The position numbers and the translations under genes were made by a program. Below are positions 8,767 through 18,679 of a stretch of DNA of 64,000 bases, piece by piece. The notes under the pieces were generated by a model, which saw only the letters and a program-made list of their open reading frames with translations, made no database searches and was not told the DNA's origin. The DNA is from Candidatus Omnitrophota bacterium. GTDB lineage: Bacteria > Omnitrophota > Gorgyraeia > B26-G9. The DNA lies in assembly GCA_043805415.1 (NCBI GenBank), contig JAZDHZ010000037.1, positions 6,949-70,948 on the forward strand, in the 5' to 3' direction. Every line of letters begins with the position of its first letter. The stretch's first letter is position 1.

Positions 8767-10473
8767 TTACCCCACCATAATTTTTTCCTGGGCAAATGTA
8801 TAATTTATTTTTGGTTTATACCCGGAAAAAGCCAACACAATTGTCAGCGGACCAAGCCGACCTAAAAACATCAGCAGGGTAATTAATATTTTTCCCGGAA
8901 CATGCAAAGACGCGGTAATCCCGGTAGACAAACCCACCGTACCAAAAGCAGAAACCACTTCAAATATAAGATCCCTAAATGCTAAGTTTTCAAATATAGA
9001 AATTAAATACATAAATATAAACACAAAACTAAAAGAAAGCACGAAAATCGCAACAGACTTTTGCGCGATACTTCTCGGGATCTCACGTTTAAACGAATCA
9101 ATATCATCTTTACTGTGCATGCTGCTGGTAAATGATTTAATAATCATCCAAAAAGTTGTGGTCTTTATGCCTCCTCCGGTTGAACCGGATGAGGCTCCGA
9201 TAAACATCAGGACAATCATCGTGAATATACTCGCATTGGCCATTTTGCCGATATCAACAGTGTTAAAACCCGCGGTTCGGGTTGAAACAGATTGAAAAAA
9301 ACTGACTAAAATTTTATGTTTAAAATTCATTCCGCTTAAGATCGGACTATTCGTTTCCGCGAAAAATATACAAATTGTTCCGGCAAGAATTAAAAAAGCA
9401 GTCATCGAAAGCACGATTTTGGTGTGAACTTTAAGCCCCAAGCTTTTTGGCCGATCTTTTTTCGCGTATTTACCCCAGACATCCTTGACTACGATAAAAC
9501 CTAAGCCGCCGAAAATAATCAGAAAAGCAATTGTAAGATTAATCACATCATCCTTAACATAATACATCAGACTATCGCTAAACAGAGAAAACCCGGCATT
9601 GCAAAAAGCCGAGATAGAGTGAAATAGTGATATATACAACCTTTGCCAAGGATTAGCAATATACGGTTCAAAGCCCACGTATAAAAAAATCGCTCCCAGC
9701 AATTCAACAAATATCGTCATTTTAGCAATAAACTTTACCAGACCCACGATGCCCGCAAGGCTGTCGTGATCTAAAACATCCCGCATCGTCATGGCTTCTT
9801 TATTCGACATTTGTTTACCAGCAAACATAAATAAAGTAACTGAAAACGTCATTATTCCCAAGGCGCCGACCTGAATCAAGGCTAAAATCACAAATTGGCC
9901 AAATCCTGAAAAAAACGTTCCGGTATCCCGCACAATAAGACCGGTAACACAAGTAGCTGATGTCGCTGTAAATAAAGCATCCACAAAATTCAAACTATGT
10001 CCGGTCTGTGTCGATATCGGCAGAGTGAGAAGAAATGTTCCGATAAGAATCGTCATCATAAAACTAGCGATTAACAACTGCGCTGGCTTTAGACCTAATA
10101 AACTGATTAATTTCTGAGACACCTTGTTTCTTGAACAAAATCTAAACAAAACAATTGTCTGCCTGATAACCAGGAATATCCTTGCATTATGAATCCCTTT
10201 AAAAAAACTAAAACATGGGACAAAAACTAAAAGATCTATCCAGGATTTTTTCAAATACTCTATTTTTGATCCAGCGCTAATAAACCGAATTATAACTGAG
10301 CCCAGGAATATTAAAAGAACAATATTATCAATCCGATCAAGCATGGTAATTCCCATGCCTTTAATAATCGGCATCATCCCCCACTCAATAAGCAAAAGCA
10401 CAAAAGATGCAGCCCCAACAATTCCGGTTACTGCATCAAGCAGGTTATTGATTATGTTTGTTTGATTCTTCAT
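8767..10473 (-). CDS. TrkH/KtrB family K+ uptake membrane subunit with N-terminal TM extension
   Basis: Four pore-loop motifs ATSATCVTGL, SAFCNAGF, TRTAGF and SAFGTVGLS, plus GGGIKTTT and GRLGPLT. Confidence 0.92.
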   Translation of the reverse strand: MKNQTNIINNLLDAVTGIVGAASFVLLLIEWGMMPIIKGMGITMLDRIDNIVLLIFLGSVIIRFISAGSKIEYLKKSWIDLLVFVPCFSFFKGIHNARIFLVIRQTIVLFRFCSRNKVSQKLISLLGLKPAQLLIASFMMTILIGTFLLTLPISTQTGHSLNFVDALFTATSATCVTGLIVRDTGTFFSGFGQFVILALIQVGALGIMTFSVTLFMFAGKQMSNKEAMTMRDVLDHDSLAGIVGLVKFIAKMTIFVELLGAIFLYVGFEPYIANPWQRLYISLFHSISAFCNAGFSLFSDSLMYYVKDDVINLTIAFLIIFGGLGFIVVKDVWGKYAKKDRPKSLGLKVHTKIVLSMTAFLILAGTICIFFAETNSPILSGMNFKHKILVSFFQSVSTRTAGFNTVDIGKMANASIFTMIVLMFIGASSGSTGGGIKTTTFWMIIKSFTSSMHSKDDIDSFKREIPRSIAQKSVAIFVLSFSFVFIFMYLISIFENLAFRDLIFEVVSAFGTVGLSTGITASLHVPGKILITLLMFLGRLGPLTIVLAFSGYKPKINYTFAQEKIMVG

Positions 10474-10481
10474 TTTGCCCC

Positions 10482-10787
10482 TTACTTTAGCGTATAAGCA
10501 ATATGGAATAGAATCCCCACCAAAGATTTTTGCAAAAATACAATAATAAAAAAAGCAATAATCGGCGATAAATCCACATGGATTTGCATTGTTAAAGGTA
10601 AAAAAGCCCTTTGAAGCGGCTCAAGAATCGGATCAGTCATCTGGCGCAAAAAAGCAACAATTTTATTATAAGGATCAGGATTAACCCAGCTGATCAATAC
10701 CCTAGCCAAAAGAAGATAGTAGTATATCGTCAATCCTAGGCCTAAAACTGTGGCTAATCCTTCAATAATGTAAGCAATAATAAACAT
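10482..10787 (-). CDS. YggT family membrane protein
   Basis: RVLISWVNPDPYN..V.FL..MTDPIL.P and DLSPIIA. Confidence 0.9.
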   Translation of the reverse strand: MFIIAYIIEGLATVLGLGLTIYYYLLLARVLISWVNPDPYNKIVAFLRQMTDPILEPLQRAFLPLTMQIHVDLSPIIAFFIIVFLQKSLVGILFHIAYTLK

Positions 10788-10863
10788 AATGATCTTGTTT
10801 GTATATTATAGAATCCCGAATATCTATTCTATCCTCTGAAAAATAGAATAAAACAGTATTTTC

Positions 10864-10892
10864 AGTATAACTATAATTAGCGGAAAAATCAA
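10864..10892 (-). promoter_or_regulatory. sigma70-type promoter for yggT/trk/hem genes
   Basis: Minus strand TTGATT-17 nt-TATACT. Confidence 0.5.
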
Positions 10893-10929
10893 TGATTTTA
10901 TGCGACCAGAAGAGCTGGCGATTTTAATA

Positions 10930-10967
10930 AAAAAGCCCGCAACCTTTTTAAAGCTGCAGGCTTTTTA
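10930..10967 (-). terminator. Putative intrinsic terminator after the PPDK gene
   Basis: Imperfect stem AAAAGCC...GGCTTTT flanked by A/T runs, about 20 nt after the stop. Confidence 0.55.
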
Positions 10968-10987
10968 AACACACTGTATTTATTTAA

Positions 10988-13900
10988 TTAAATTGCCTTT
11001 TGTACGGTTTCAACAATATTTTTATCCGATTGGATATTTTGAACCGGCGCCTCCAAATCAATAACTGCTTCAGACAATGGAAGTTCTCGGGCAAGCATCA
11101 CGCTTCCTGTTAGATAAATTGGCATGTCTGGATTAGTTTCCAGAACACGGCGCTTTGCAATACCAATAAATTTACCGACATTATTTTCGGAAAGTATTTC
11201 AAAAGGGTTAATCGCGTAAATACCCATCTCCACAAACTTAGGCATAAATGTCTCTGAGTCTTTTTCAGTTACAGCTATTACGGATTCAGTCATACCCAGC
11301 GTATCAAATATCACAAAATCAGCATGTTTTGCTATTCTGCCTGCGAGTAGTGCTGCTTCAGGCGTTTGGATTGATGCGCCTATTTTTACTCTTGCAGGAT
11401 CAATTCCCTCTTCCATAAGCCATTTTACGATCAGATCCTTTGCCAGCTTAAATTCCTGATCATTGATAATTAAAGGAATGATAATCTGCGGAGTATATGC
11501 TCTTCTTTCTTTAAGCACATTGCTCAGGGCCTTTATCTGCGCTCTAAAAATCGCAGAGCCATTGGTAAGTAAAGCTCTTACTCCTCTATTACCCAGCGAT
11601 GGATTGAATTCCATAAAACTCTTGATCTTTTCTTTCATTTGCCCAATAACGCGCTCTTTTTGATCACTCTTTTCTTGAAAATCATCAATGGCTTCGATAT
11701 CAGAATGCATTTGATAGTATAATGCAGTTATTGCTTCTGCTTCCTGTTGTGCAGCTTTAAAACTGCCGTTAGATACCGGTTCGATTGGTTTCCTAAACTT
11801 AAACAAACTCCCAAGATCCTGTGAATAGATCCTCAAAAAAGCTGAAGTATTATTTTCTAGAATATCTTTTATTTCATCCTGGATCAAATTAGAAAGTTTA
11901 TTCTCAATTTCTGCTAAAGATTCTTGTTGTTTTTTTGCTGTTACTTGGTCTGAGGAACCTTTGTCCGTTAAAAGTAATTGACGCATTAGTATCCTTTTAC
12001 GCTGATTATTAACCATCATTTTATCTGTAGATTCAACCTTTACCCGCTCAATGTCAAGCGATGCCGGTTCTAGTTTAGACAGGTCATACGGTTTAGCTAC
12101 GGGGTTGCCGGCACGTTTAGACATAATATGCGCGCGTGCTGATGAAAGCATGGCAACAGGTAGACGGAAAGGACTACATGAAGGATAATCAAGCCCTGCA
12201 GGTAAAATAGTAGCCTCTATTGATTCTGCGTCACCGCCCTGTTCTCCGCAAAGTCCGAACTTTAAGTTGGGGTTTACTGATTTAGCTAAAGCATTTGCGA
12301 TTGCCAGCATTTCCCCGACTCCATCGGCATCAACAGTACTAAACGGATCGCGTGCCAATATCATTTTATCTTCGCCCATATAGGCAGGGATAACTACATT
12401 GCCTGCATCATCCCGGCTGAACCAGAAAGTAAATTGATGAAGATCATTGGTTCCTGCGCTAAAAAAATCCAGTTTATCAGCAATACGCAATGCATCAATA
12501 ACAGCAGAAGGAACCTCGATCATTGTCCCGATCTTAAAATTCTTATAACGCTCCAAACCGTATTCTTTTGCCAACTCCATGATCCGGTCAACAAAGAAAT
12601 CCGCTTCTTCTGCTACGCCAACCAGAGGAATCATGATCTCAACCGGGCTCATCTTTACGCCGTTTTTCACAGCTTCATTATAAGCACCGAACATGGCCCT
12701 GATCTGCAGATCAAGAAATTCCGGATAAAGGATCAATAAACGGTCACCGCGCAATCCAGCCATTGGATTAGTTTCCTCAAGCTCATGAATCCGGGCTATA
12801 ATCTGTTCTTTTGTCATTCCTAGATTAGGATTTGCAGCCAATTTTTCAATCAAAGGCATGCCCTTATCTGCATCATCGGAATCAGGATTAGGTAAAAATT
12901 CATGCAATGGCGGATCAATCAATCTTATCTTTGCCGGCCTGCCGTCACAAATCTCAAAGATTTCAAGAAAATCACTGCGTTGATGCGGCTCAAGCGCTGC
13001 GATATTTTCAATCTTTCCGCCAATAATCGCATTACGGATATCCATCAGCCGTGACTTTTCAAAAAACATATGCTCTGTGCGCGCAAGCCCGATACCGTCA
13101 GCGCCAAACCATTTAAAGGCAACTTCAAGATCTTGCGGAGTCTCAGCATTAGTACGTACATGTCCCCGAAATTCATTGACCCAGCTAAAAAATGTTTCAA
13201 AATCATCAAACAATGCCTGTTCGTCAGCAGTCAGAGTTTCGCCTTGTTTACCGCGTTTGACTACCGAATCCCTTGTCGCGACTTTGCCGATAATAATTTC
13301 ACCTGTATATCCATCTATTGAGATATAATCTCCTTCAAAAATTTCAATTTCTCCATCTTCAATATATGCGCGTTTACGGGTAAGATCTATCTGCAGCTTT
13401 CCCGCGCCGACAACTGCGGTTTTTCCCATTCCGCGAGCAACTACTGCCGCATGAGAAGTCTTACCACCCTTTGAAGTTAAAATGCCTTTGGCTGCCTCCA
13501 TTCCGGCAATATCATCCGGCACAGTTTCCGGACGCACAAGGATTACCACTTCTCCCCGTTTCGCCCATTCCGTAGCATCTTTAGCAGAAAAAACTACTTT
13601 ACCAACAGCTGCCCCAGGAGACGCATTCAATCCTTTGCCAACAATGAGCGATTTTTTCTTTGCCTGTTCTTTTGCTTCCGGATCAAATGTCGGATGTAAA
13701 AACTCCTCCAGCTGTTCCGGTTTTAAACGCATTATTGCTTCTTCTTTATTAATCTTTCCTTCATCAACTAATGCCATAAGTATTTTTAAAGCGGAAAATG
13801 CCGTACGCTTACCATCACGTGTCTGCAGTAAATACAGCACTCCGTCTTGTACCGTAAATTCAATATCCTGCATATCATTATAATGATCTTCAAGTGCCTG

Positions 13901-15148
13901 CTGAATTGCATCAAGCTGCCTATATGCTTCAGGCATTGCCTCTTCAAGACTTATGATCTGATCTTCTTTGCCGATAAATTCCGGGTGTTCCTTAATAAAC
14001 TGCGCTTTATTTGCCTTATTAAGAGGCATGGGAGTACGGATACCTGCTACAACGTCTTCACCCTGCGCATTAATAAGGTATTCCCCATAAAATACTTTTT
14101 CTCCTGTCGCCGGATCGCGCGTAAACGCAACACCTGTAGCTGAATTATCATTCAAATTACCAAATACCATGGCCTGCACATTAACCGCGGACAAGGTATC
14201 ATCAGGTATTCTGTTAATACGCCGATAATCAACAACGCGCTGGGTAAAGCTTGATTCATATACAGCCTCATACGCCTTAAAAAGCTGCTCCATGGGATCC
14301 TGAGGAAAATCAGAGCCTGTTTCTTTGCGCACATAGATTTTAAACTTTTTAACTATATCTTTAAGATCTTCAACTGTTAATTCGTTATCCGCCTTAACAT
14401 TGCGTTCTTTGCGCTTTTGCTCAAGAACTTCTTCAAAGTACTCAGTTTTAATACTCATAACAACATTAGTAAACATCTGTATTAAGCGGCGATAGCTGTC
14501 CCAGGCAAAGCGTTCGTTACCAAATTCATTCGCAAGCGCTTCAACCGTCTGATCATTTAATCCGATGTTTAATACAGTATCCATCATCCCCGGCATTGAG
14601 AGACGTGCTCCGGAGCGACAACTTAACAATAATGGTTTGTCTGTTGAGCCGAATTTTCGTCCGGTTACTTGTTCAAGCTGAGTGAGATTTCTTTTTATCT
14701 CTGCTACATGAAAATTGTTAAGTTTATTTCCGTTGTCAAAAAACACCTGCGCTTCTTCAGTAGTTCCGGTAAATCCCTGAGGAACAACAATCGGGCGGAT
14801 CTGACCATCAAGCTCATAGCTAAGAGAACTCATCTCAGCAAGATTAGCCCCTTTTCCGCCGAGCAGTTTCTTCATATCTTTATTACCCTCAGTTAAGAGC
14901 GTTCCATCCTGCGCGCGGCCAAAAAACCATACTGGTGCTTTTGGTAAGTTGTCAAAAATTTTTTTCTCCATGGTTAAACGCATCTGCGGGGTATCTATGC
15001 TTACAATTGGCGACAGCATTTCTTGCTCAGAATATGCGCTTGATTTGCCTACATTAAAAGCAAATAAAACATTCGAAAATAGGAATGCTTGAATTACTAC
15101 GATTGAAACAATTTTAACAAAACGGCCAGACTTAAACATTGAATCCAT
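10988..15148 (-). CDS. ppdK: Pyruvate phosphate dikinase with signal-peptide-like N-terminal extension and an extra degenerate PEP-utiliser C-terminal barrel
   Basis: LLGGKGANLAEM, SCRSGARLSMPGMMDTVLN, QGEDVVAG, GGKTSHAAVVARG (phospho-His), RTEHMFF, GTNDL and GLCGE. SD AAGGAG lies before ATG 15148. Confidence 0.9.
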   Translation of the reverse strand: MDSMFKSGRFVKIVSIVVIQAFLFSNVLFAFNVGKSSAYSEQEMLSPIVSIDTPQMRLTMEKKIFDNLPKAPVWFFGRAQDGTLLTEGNKDMKKLLGGKGANLAEMSSLSYELDGQIRPIVVPQGFTGTTEEAQVFFDNGNKLNNFHVAEIKRNLTQLEQVTGRKFGSTDKPLLLSCRSGARLSMPGMMDTVLNIGLNDQTVEALANEFGNERFAWDSYRRLIQMFTNVVMSIKTEYFEEVLEQKRKERNVKADNELTVEDLKDIVKKFKIYVRKETGSDFPQDPMEQLFKAYEAVYESSFTQRVVDYRRINRIPDDTLSAVNVQAMVFGNLNDNSATGVAFTRDPATGEKVFYGEYLINAQGEDVVAGIRTPMPLNKANKAQFIKEHPEFIGKEDQIISLEEAMPEAYRQLDAIQQALEDHYNDMQDIEFTVQDGVLYLLQTRDGKRTAFSALKILMALVDEGKINKEEAIMRLKPEQLEEFLHPTFDPEAKEQAKKKSLIVGKGLNASPGAAVGKVVFSAKDATEWAKRGEVVILVRPETVPDDIAGMEAAKGILTSKGGKTSHAAVVARGMGKTAVVGAGKLQIDLTRKRAYIEDGEIEIFEGDYISIDGYTGEIIIGKVATRDSVVKRGKQGETLTADEQALFDDFETFFSWVNEFRGHVRTNAETPQDLEVAFKWFGADGIGLARTEHMFFEKSRLMDIRNAIIGGKIENIAALEPHQRSDFLEIFEICDGRPAKIRLIDPPLHEFLPNPDSDDADKGMPLIEKLAANPNLGMTKEQIIARIHELEETNPMAGLRGDRLLILYPEFLDLQIRAMFGAYNEAVKNGVKMSPVEIMIPLVGVAEEADFFVDRIMELAKEYGLERYKNFKIGTMIEVPSAVIDALRIADKLDFFSAGTNDLHQFTFWFSRDDAGNVVIPAYMGEDKMILARDPFSTVDADGVGEMLAIANALAKSVNPNLKFGLCGEQGGDAESIEATILPAGLDYPSCSPFRLPVAMLSSARAHIMSKRAGNPVAKPYDLSKLEPASLDIERVKVESTDKMMVNNQRKRILMRQLLLTDKGSSDQVTAKKQQESLAEIENKLSNLIQDEIKDILENNTSAFLRIYSQDLGSLFKFRKPIEPVSNGSFKAAQQEAEAITALYYQMHSDIEAIDDFQEKSDQKERVIGQMKEKIKSFMEFNPSLGNRGVRALLTNGSAIFRAQIKALSNVLKERRAYTPQIIIPLIINDQEFKLAKDLIVKWLMEEGIDPARVKIGASIQTPEAALLAGRIAKHADFVIFDTLGMTESVIAVTEKDSETFMPKFVEMGIYAINPFEILSENNVGKFIGIAKRRVLETNPDMPIYLTGSVMLARELPLSEAVIDLEAPVQNIQSDKNIVETVQKAI

Positions 15149-15259
15149 TGCTTGTTCTCCTTTCAATTAAGAGAAAGTATCGTTTAAAATTCATTTCACA
15201 AAGCAGACTTCTTAAAAGAATTTATAAAATCCCTTTAGGAAGTTATGAAAAATCTTTAA

Positions 15260-15288
15260 AGTATACCATCTAAAAAAAGATTGCGCAA
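15260..15288 (-). promoter_or_regulatory. sigma70-type promoter of the PPDK gene
   Basis: Minus strand TTGCGC-17 nt-TATACT with an extended TG. The -35 lies inside the palindrome ATTGCGCAAT. Confidence 0.55.
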
Positions 15289-15474
15289 TAGCTGTGGAAA
15301 ATTTTTACTGATTGCGCAAGACATTTATTTCCAAGATGTTGCATTATTAGAATAGCTCATGTTTTTAGGCTTAAAAATTTCTTGGAGAAATATAAGCGAT
15401 AAAATGAGGATAAAGATCAGCGCTGGAAAATAGCGGGACTTTTTAAAAGAATTCTTTTCAGATCAAGCTGAACT

Positions 15475-17169
15475 TTAGGAAAGATGCAGATCTTTTAGCT
15501 TTAATTGGATGGTATGAATCCCCTGCCAATCATTGATTGCCGGAGAGTAAACAATGGAAAATCCATTCTTTATATCTGCTGTATCAATATCGGAAAAATT
15601 ACTGGCTAATGCTTCACAGGTAACGTCTCCATCCGTAATCCACATTTTAAATCCATATGCTCGCAGCGGTTTTGGACTGCCCTTTAACTGCACATTAACT
15701 GAAGAAAATACCGGACGGGTATTGCCCATGCCAAAAGGAGCGCATTTTTCGATTTCATTAATCAATTCTTCTGATAAGCAGCTTAATGCTATCTGCATGT
15801 CTACCTCAATCATCGGCATCATATCTTCCGCGGAAAGACTCAAACTCGCCATCTGATTAAAAAATTGTTTAAAGCTTGTGAGATTACTTTTTAAGATACT
15901 AAGACCCGCGGCTTTTTCATGACCGCCGAAACCTTCAAGCAAATGCTCACATTTGGCAATAGTATCAAAAAGATGAAAGTTGCGAATTGATCGCCCCGAT
16001 CCCTTCCCCATCTCATCTTTAGTGGAAATCAAAATTGTCGGCCGATAAAAACGCTCGGTAATCCGCGAAGCAACAATCCCAATAACTCCCGGATGCCAAA
16101 GATCACTATGCAAAACAACAGACTTATCATTTTTAAAATTTATTTCTTTTTCAATCATTGCCAGAGCTTGACGCAAAGTCTTAGCTTCCTCTTTTTGCCT
16201 TTGCTTATTCTCATCATCTAAAGCTTGAGCTAAAACCATTGCCTCATTACTATCATTCGATAATAAAAGCTGCAGAGCTTTTTCTGCTGAGCCCATGCGG
16301 CCGGTGGCGTTTATTCTGGGACCGAGCATAAACCCAACATGATAAGCTTCCAGTTTTTTATTGGCAATGCCCGCTATTTGTTTAAGCGCCTGCAAACCTA
16401 TTTTATTAGTTCGCGAAAGTCTGTCCAGCCCATGCTTAACCAGAATTCTATTTTCACCGGTAAGCAAAGCAACATCGCAAATCGTTCCTAATGCCACTAA
16501 ATCTAAATTTTCTGAGATATCCTGATTTTCACCAACTAAGGCAGAGGCAAGTTTATAGGTAATGCCCACTCCGGCCAAATTCTTATACGGATATTTACAT
16601 CCTGGCTGCAAAGGATTAATCACCGCTAAAGCTTTAGGAACTTTTTGCCCAATAGGCTGGTGATGATCAGTAATCACGACATCCAAACCAATTGAATTCA
16701 AATAATCCACTTGCTCAAAAGCACTGATCCCGCAATCAACAGTAATCAGTAAATCCGCGCCTTGTTCTTTGAGCAGAGAACATGCTTGTTTATTTAAGCC
16801 ATAGCCTTCATCTACTCTATGCGGGATATAACAAGATACATTAGCTTTTAATTGCTTAAGCGTATTAAACAGAACAGCGCAACTGGTTAAGCCATCAACA
16901 TCATAGTCACCATAAACAACAATATTTTTTTTAAGTTTAATCGCCTGCTGAATATGCTTAACTGCCGCAGACATGTCTTTTAATAAAAGAGGATCATGCG
17001 TGTCTTTTAAATCACAATTCAAATATGTTTTAGCATCCGCAGGATTATTAATCCCGCGATTAATAAGAATTTGGGCAAGAACTAAAGACACCCCTAATTG
17101 CTGGGCAAGGATTTGCTGATCATCCGAGTGAATTGATTTGGTTTTCCAGATTTTTTGCATAATTGTCAC
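15475..17169 (-). CDS. recJ: ssDNA exonuclease RecJ
   Basis: YGDYDVDG, ITVDCG, ITDHH, LGTICD, GPRINATGR, KGSGRS and FGGHEKAAG. Confidence 0.97.
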   Translation of the reverse strand: MTIMQKIWKTKSIHSDDQQILAQQLGVSLVLAQILINRGINNPADAKTYLNCDLKDTHDPLLLKDMSAAVKHIQQAIKLKKNIVVYGDYDVDGLTSCAVLFNTLKQLKANVSCYIPHRVDEGYGLNKQACSLLKEQGADLLITVDCGISAFEQVDYLNSIGLDVVITDHHQPIGQKVPKALAVINPLQPGCKYPYKNLAGVGITYKLASALVGENQDISENLDLVALGTICDVALLTGENRILVKHGLDRLSRTNKIGLQALKQIAGIANKKLEAYHVGFMLGPRINATGRMGSAEKALQLLLSNDSNEAMVLAQALDDENKQRQKEEAKTLRQALAMIEKEINFKNDKSVVLHSDLWHPGVIGIVASRITERFYRPTILISTKDEMGKGSGRSIRNFHLFDTIAKCEHLLEGFGGHEKAAGLSILKSNLTSFKQFFNQMASLSLSAEDMMPMIEVDMQIALSCLSEELINEIEKCAPFGMGNTRPVFSSVNVQLKGSPKPLRAYGFKMWITDGDVTCEALASNFSDIDTADIKNGFSIVYSPAINDWQGIHTIQLKLKDLHLS

Positions 17170-17200
17170 AGTTTTGTTAATTTTGTTATCTCAATATTCT

Positions 17201-17872
17201 TTATGCTGATTTTTGCGATTCTTGCTTAACAAATTTTTTCCTGTGAGCGATGGTAAATATTAGCAACAAAACCTGTACAATAAAAAGCGTTCCGGCAAAG
17301 AATACATCTTTTAAATTTAAACTCTTTTCTTTAAAAAAATAGTAGAAAAAGTAAAGCATGCACAGTAAGACGCCGGTTACAAGCACCCGAATAAGCTCTC
17401 CGTTAAAATGAGCTTGCGCTAAGCTAAAGTGAATCGGATCTTTTGATTTATACGGCTTTAATCTGGGGAAAAATGCGGGGACTGCCTGTTTATACTCAAC
17501 ATAATCGTTTCCAAATAATTGCCTAAGCAGAATTTCTTCTTTTTTCATTGTGCCTAAATAAAAAAACGAAAACAATATTATATATATCAAGCACAAGTAA
17601 ATATTATTAACAAAGAGACAAAACCCCAACCCCATCAGAAAATTACCCACATATAAAGGATTGCGGACAAAAGCATAAGGCCCGGAAGTAGTTAATTTTC
17701 TAATTTTCTTTATATACCCAGCTGCCCAGAACCGGACGAAAAGTCCGGCAATAATAACCCCAAGCCCAGGATTTACAACTATTCCGTATTTATAGACAAA
17801 CACAAGATACACTGCGGCAAACGGATAACTAGCCCACAAGCGCATTTTTTTAAACCGCAAATTTTTCATCAT
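17201..17872 (-). CDS. Isoprenylcysteine carboxylmethyltransferase/PEMT family membrane protein
   Basis: LTTSGPYAFVRNPLY.G, EE..L..LFG..Y..YK..VP.FFP. Confidence 0.85.
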   Translation of the reverse strand: MMKNLRFKKMRLWASYPFAAVYLVFVYKYGIVVNPGLGVIIAGLFVRFWAAGYIKKIRKLTTSGPYAFVRNPLYVGNFLMGLGFCLFVNNIYLCLIYIILFSFFYLGTMKKEEILLRQLFGNDYVEYKQAVPAFFPRLKPYKSKDPIHFSLAQAHFNGELIRVLVTGVLLCMLYFFYYFFKEKSLNLKDVFFAGTLFIVQVLLLIFTIAHRKKFVKQESQKSA

Positions 17873-17883
17873 AGTAAACCCCT

Positions 17884-18567
17884 CTAAAATTCATGACTTA
17901 TGCCGAAATTTAAAGCCCACTCATCAAAGAACCGAGCTTCGGCAGTAACCGTCAGATTTTTATTAATATTATAATTCCCGCCAATAAGCATTCCCCAGCT
18001 ATCTTCTGATTTTAAGCGCCGGCGCCAAGAATCAACTTTATATTTAAGCTGCGCTGAACTATATTGCGGGCCGCAATATATGGCGGCTTTCGCGTATTCT
18101 TTAATAAACAGCCATGTGCCCTGCCATTCATCCCAGATCACGTGATATTGCACATCATTAACTGTATCTTTATAAGGATGGCAGCTTATATGCTGAAAAC
18201 CAAAGATTGATTTAATATTATTCTTTTTGTTTTCATATGCAAGATAACGAAACCCGTATCCTCCGGCAAAACCTGTGGGAAAATCAAGTTTAACGCCGTC
18301 ATTGCGCTCAAAAGATATACTGCCAACACCAACTTTGCCATCTAAGAAAAATCGCTCGCTAAGACCATAGCTTGCCTGGATAAAGCATTGCCCGGTGCTG
18401 GCTTTGCCTTCAACTTTATTAAAATCACGCAGAAAAATATTATTCGACTGAACTGCCCAAATCGTTTTATTTAAGCCAGGGATAAAATCGCCTTCTGAGG
18501 GAATTGCGCCGGCATTCTGACAAAACAACAGCAGAATTATTAAAAAAATTATTATTGTCCGTTCCAT
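17884..18567 (-). CDS. Outer-membrane beta-barrel protein
   Basis: Signal peptide, alternating aromatic beta-strands and a C-terminal Phe (GISHEF). Confidence 0.7.
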   Translation of the reverse strand: MERTIIIFLIILLLFCQNAGAIPSEGDFIPGLNKTIWAVQSNNIFLRDFNKVEGKASTGQCFIQASYGLSERFFLDGKVGVGSISFERNDGVKLDFPTGFAGGYGFRYLAYENKKNNIKSIFGFQHISCHPYKDTVNDVQYHVIWDEWQGTWLFIKEYAKAAIYCGPQYSSAQLKYKVDSWRRRLKSEDSWGMLIGGNYNINKNLTVTAEARFFDEWALNFGISHEF

Positions 18568-18630
18568 GGAAAAATTTCCTTATCCTTTACTTAGATAAAT
18601 ATTTATCTTTTATTAAGGTTTATTAAATTT

Positions 18631-18659
18631 ATATTATCTTTAAATAGCTAATTTGTCAA
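18631..18659 (-). promoter_or_regulatory. sigma70-type promoter
   Basis: Minus strand TTGACA-17 nt-TAATAT. Confidence 0.6.
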
Positions 18660-18679
18660 ATCAGTAAAACCTGGGTTTA

